Assembly: GCA_946965045.2 (NCBI GenBank)
Contig: OX337238.1
Location: 372,001 to 436,000 of the forward strand
Direction of reading: 5' to 3'
Source: Epithemia pelagica
Taxonomy: Eukaryota > Protista > Bacillariophyta
DNA length: 64,000 bases
The position numbers and the translations under genes were made by a program. Positions 62,322 to 64,000 of this stretch are shown here, in pieces. Within the stretch, counting starts at the first letter, position 1. Every line of letters begins with the position of its first letter. The notes under the pieces are model-generated. The model had not been told where the DNA came from. It was given only the letters and a program-made list of their open reading frames with translations, and did not search any database.

Positions 62322-62567
62322 TCCACCCGAGACTACCAAACACATCAACAGGGAGATTGCAAGCAACAAACAGCAGCAAGGCGAATCGCAAACTGCTACT
62401 TCCATACACAACGAAAAGCATTACATTGTTCTATACATCGGGGAACCATAATCGTAGAGAGAGAGAGAACGCTCCTCTTGGTGAGGGACATTTATTTTGG
62501 GGGTTCGCGAGTATACAAAACATCATGGATTCGAAAAAGTAGTAACTTTGAGATCCACCTTTTTGTT
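62322..62567 (+). repeat. Copy 2 of the dispersed repeat
   Basis: tccacccgagactacc...gcaaactgctacttccatac...gagatccacctttt shared with copy 1. Confidence 0.8.
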
Positions 62568-62878
62568 CAAAACTCTATGTATATTTCTAGGTACGAGGGA
62601 GTTGTCGTTCCGACCATTGCACTGACATTCCAAACAGGCGGACCCGTGAAAAGCTCCTCCAATGCGTCCTGTTCGAGCGCTGCACCTCTCGTCAGTGAAG
62701 AACGAAACAGCGCTCCGCCAACCAGACAAACACCAATGAGCCGAGAGCGACGGTTGAATTCGAAGCCATGCGACATGGATTCATCAGTCACAGTCCGTTT
62801 TCACTCTGTGATACTTTTGCTGTTGCCGCGGCGGCGGCTGCAACAGCGGCTTTTGATCCAATCAAGTGGGGATCGGTT

Positions 62879-64000
62879 TCACTCGGTGCTACTTATTGTT
62901 TCCGGTTGTGGTTCTTGTGATGGTTGCTGTTGCGTTTGATACTGCGCCTTGCTGATCCAGTATTGATGGAAGCGACTTTGGGCATACAAGAGGTAATCGT
63001 AGTCGGTACACCCTTCGGTGGCGGCTTGATTGACGGCCCACAATCCCCAATACAAGTGATTGACCAAGCAAAAGACTCGAATCTCCTCCAGCAATTCGGG
63101 CAGTGTGGGAATGGGTGGTGGAGTGTCGTTGTCCTTGCTGTCGTCATTGCTGCGGTTGGACCCACCACGGTCCACCACAAGGGTGTGCACCGTATCCAAA
63201 TAGGATTGCACAAAGCATTCTTGTTGCGCGGGCGTGGGAAACCAATCATAATTGGGTACGGCCGTCGTTGGTGGTCCATTGGCATATTCATTCCAATGAT
63301 TGGCAATGTCAAAACTGGGATAATTGCAACCACCATATTCAAAATCAATCAATTGTATTTGTTGCGTGTCGTCCTGATACAAAATGTTGGACGCCAAGAC
63401 ATCATTGTGACACAAGCGAATCGTTGCTGTACTACTATTACCATCCGAGTCGGTGGGGTCAATGATACTCTGGAGCCATGTCAGTTCGTCGGGAATGCTG
63501 GTGGACGACGACAAGACGTTGAGTTGGTTGGCCCGTTGTTGATCGTACGAGGTTGGAAATTTGAATTCCCTCACGGCCGTGACAGCTTGCTCGTGCCATT
63601 CGGACAATTGCGTCCACAAGACGGGTTGCAACACGGCCGAGGATGACTGGGTCGGTTCGTCGGACGAGGACGACAATTCCACTAAATGCGGTGGCACGTC
63701 CATGCCATAATGCAACTGGGCCATCGCCGCAGCAATGCCTCGTGCCATTTCGGGTTGTCCCAATTCCACAGTTTGCAAGGGTCGCATGCCGTCCATCCAT
63801 CCTTCGACACGGCCATTGCCAAAGGCGCCATAATAGGGCGGTGCCAGACCGGCCTGGGCCAAGGCCATGTACGTGCTGGTTTCGACATCTCGATCAATCA
63901 AGCCCGCCGCACCAAACAAGCGAATCAAGACCACATTGGGAACAATCGCGGACGACGACGTTGTCGTGTTGTCGTGGTGCTCGTTCCTATGGGTTTCCGT
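62879..64000 (-). CDS. Ethanolamine/choline kinase, 5' end beyond window
   Basis: VLIRLFG, PYYGAFGNGRVEGW, LCHNDVLASNIL (Brenner motif), LIDFEY...FDIANHWNEY, HLYWGLW; frame open to 64000. Confidence 0.92.
   Translation of the reverse strand, partial: TETHRNEHHDNTTTSSSAIVPNVVLIRLFGAAGLIDRDVETSTYMALAQAGLAPPYYGAFGNGRVEGWMDGMRPLQTVELGQPEMARGIAAAMAQLHYGMDVPPHLVELSSSSDEPTQSSSAVLQPVLWTQLSEWHEQAVTAVREFKFPTSYDQQRANQLNVLSSSTSIPDELTWLQSIIDPTDSDGNSSTATIRLCHNDVLASNILYQDDTQQIQLIDFEYGGCNYPSFDIANHWNEYANGPPTTAVPNYDWFPTPAQQECFVQSYLDTVHTLVVDRGGSNRSNDDSKDNDTPPPIPTLPELLEEIRVFCLVNHLYWGLWAVNQAATEGCTDYDYLLYAQSRFHQYWISKAQYQTQQQPSQEPQPETISSTE

Noticed and set aside
61435-62791. Possible spliced minus-strand gene (62791 exon + 62126-62326 + 61735-62217)
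   Set aside because: No single consistent model or recognisable family; overlaps repeat copy 2.

Overview
Eukaryotic genomic DNA, most likely a diatom (inferred from bipartite plastid presequences, short GT-AG introns and diatom-style Ty1/copia elements). Host genes, left to right: a plastid OPR/RAP-type RNA-binding protein running off the left edge; a ~1760-aa repeat-rich plastid-type protein; a SOS1/NhaP-like Na+/H+ antiporter; an HMG-box factor; a small secreted protein; a GT61 glycosyltransferase; a mucin-like membrane protein; Tpt1/KptA; a sulfotransferase-like gene; a SEL1L/Hrd3 protein; plastid LepA; a Crinkler/RHS-type NTPase-REase; and an ethanolamine kinase running off the right edge. 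Three young full-length copia elements with apparently identical LTR pairs are present. Element A (8660-26239) sits in an antiporter exon. Element B (19126-26217) is nested in A's 3' LTR. Element C spans 51900-58955. There are also two non-autonomous DNA-transposon relics. The most unusual observations: element B carries a tRNA-like A-box/B-box module beside a degenerate PBS that it could pair with, plus a single in-frame UGA between gag and pol; element C has a -1 frameshift signal; A and C lack TG...CA ends and encode membrane-like segments between Gag and protease. All alignments were done by eye; no searches were run.
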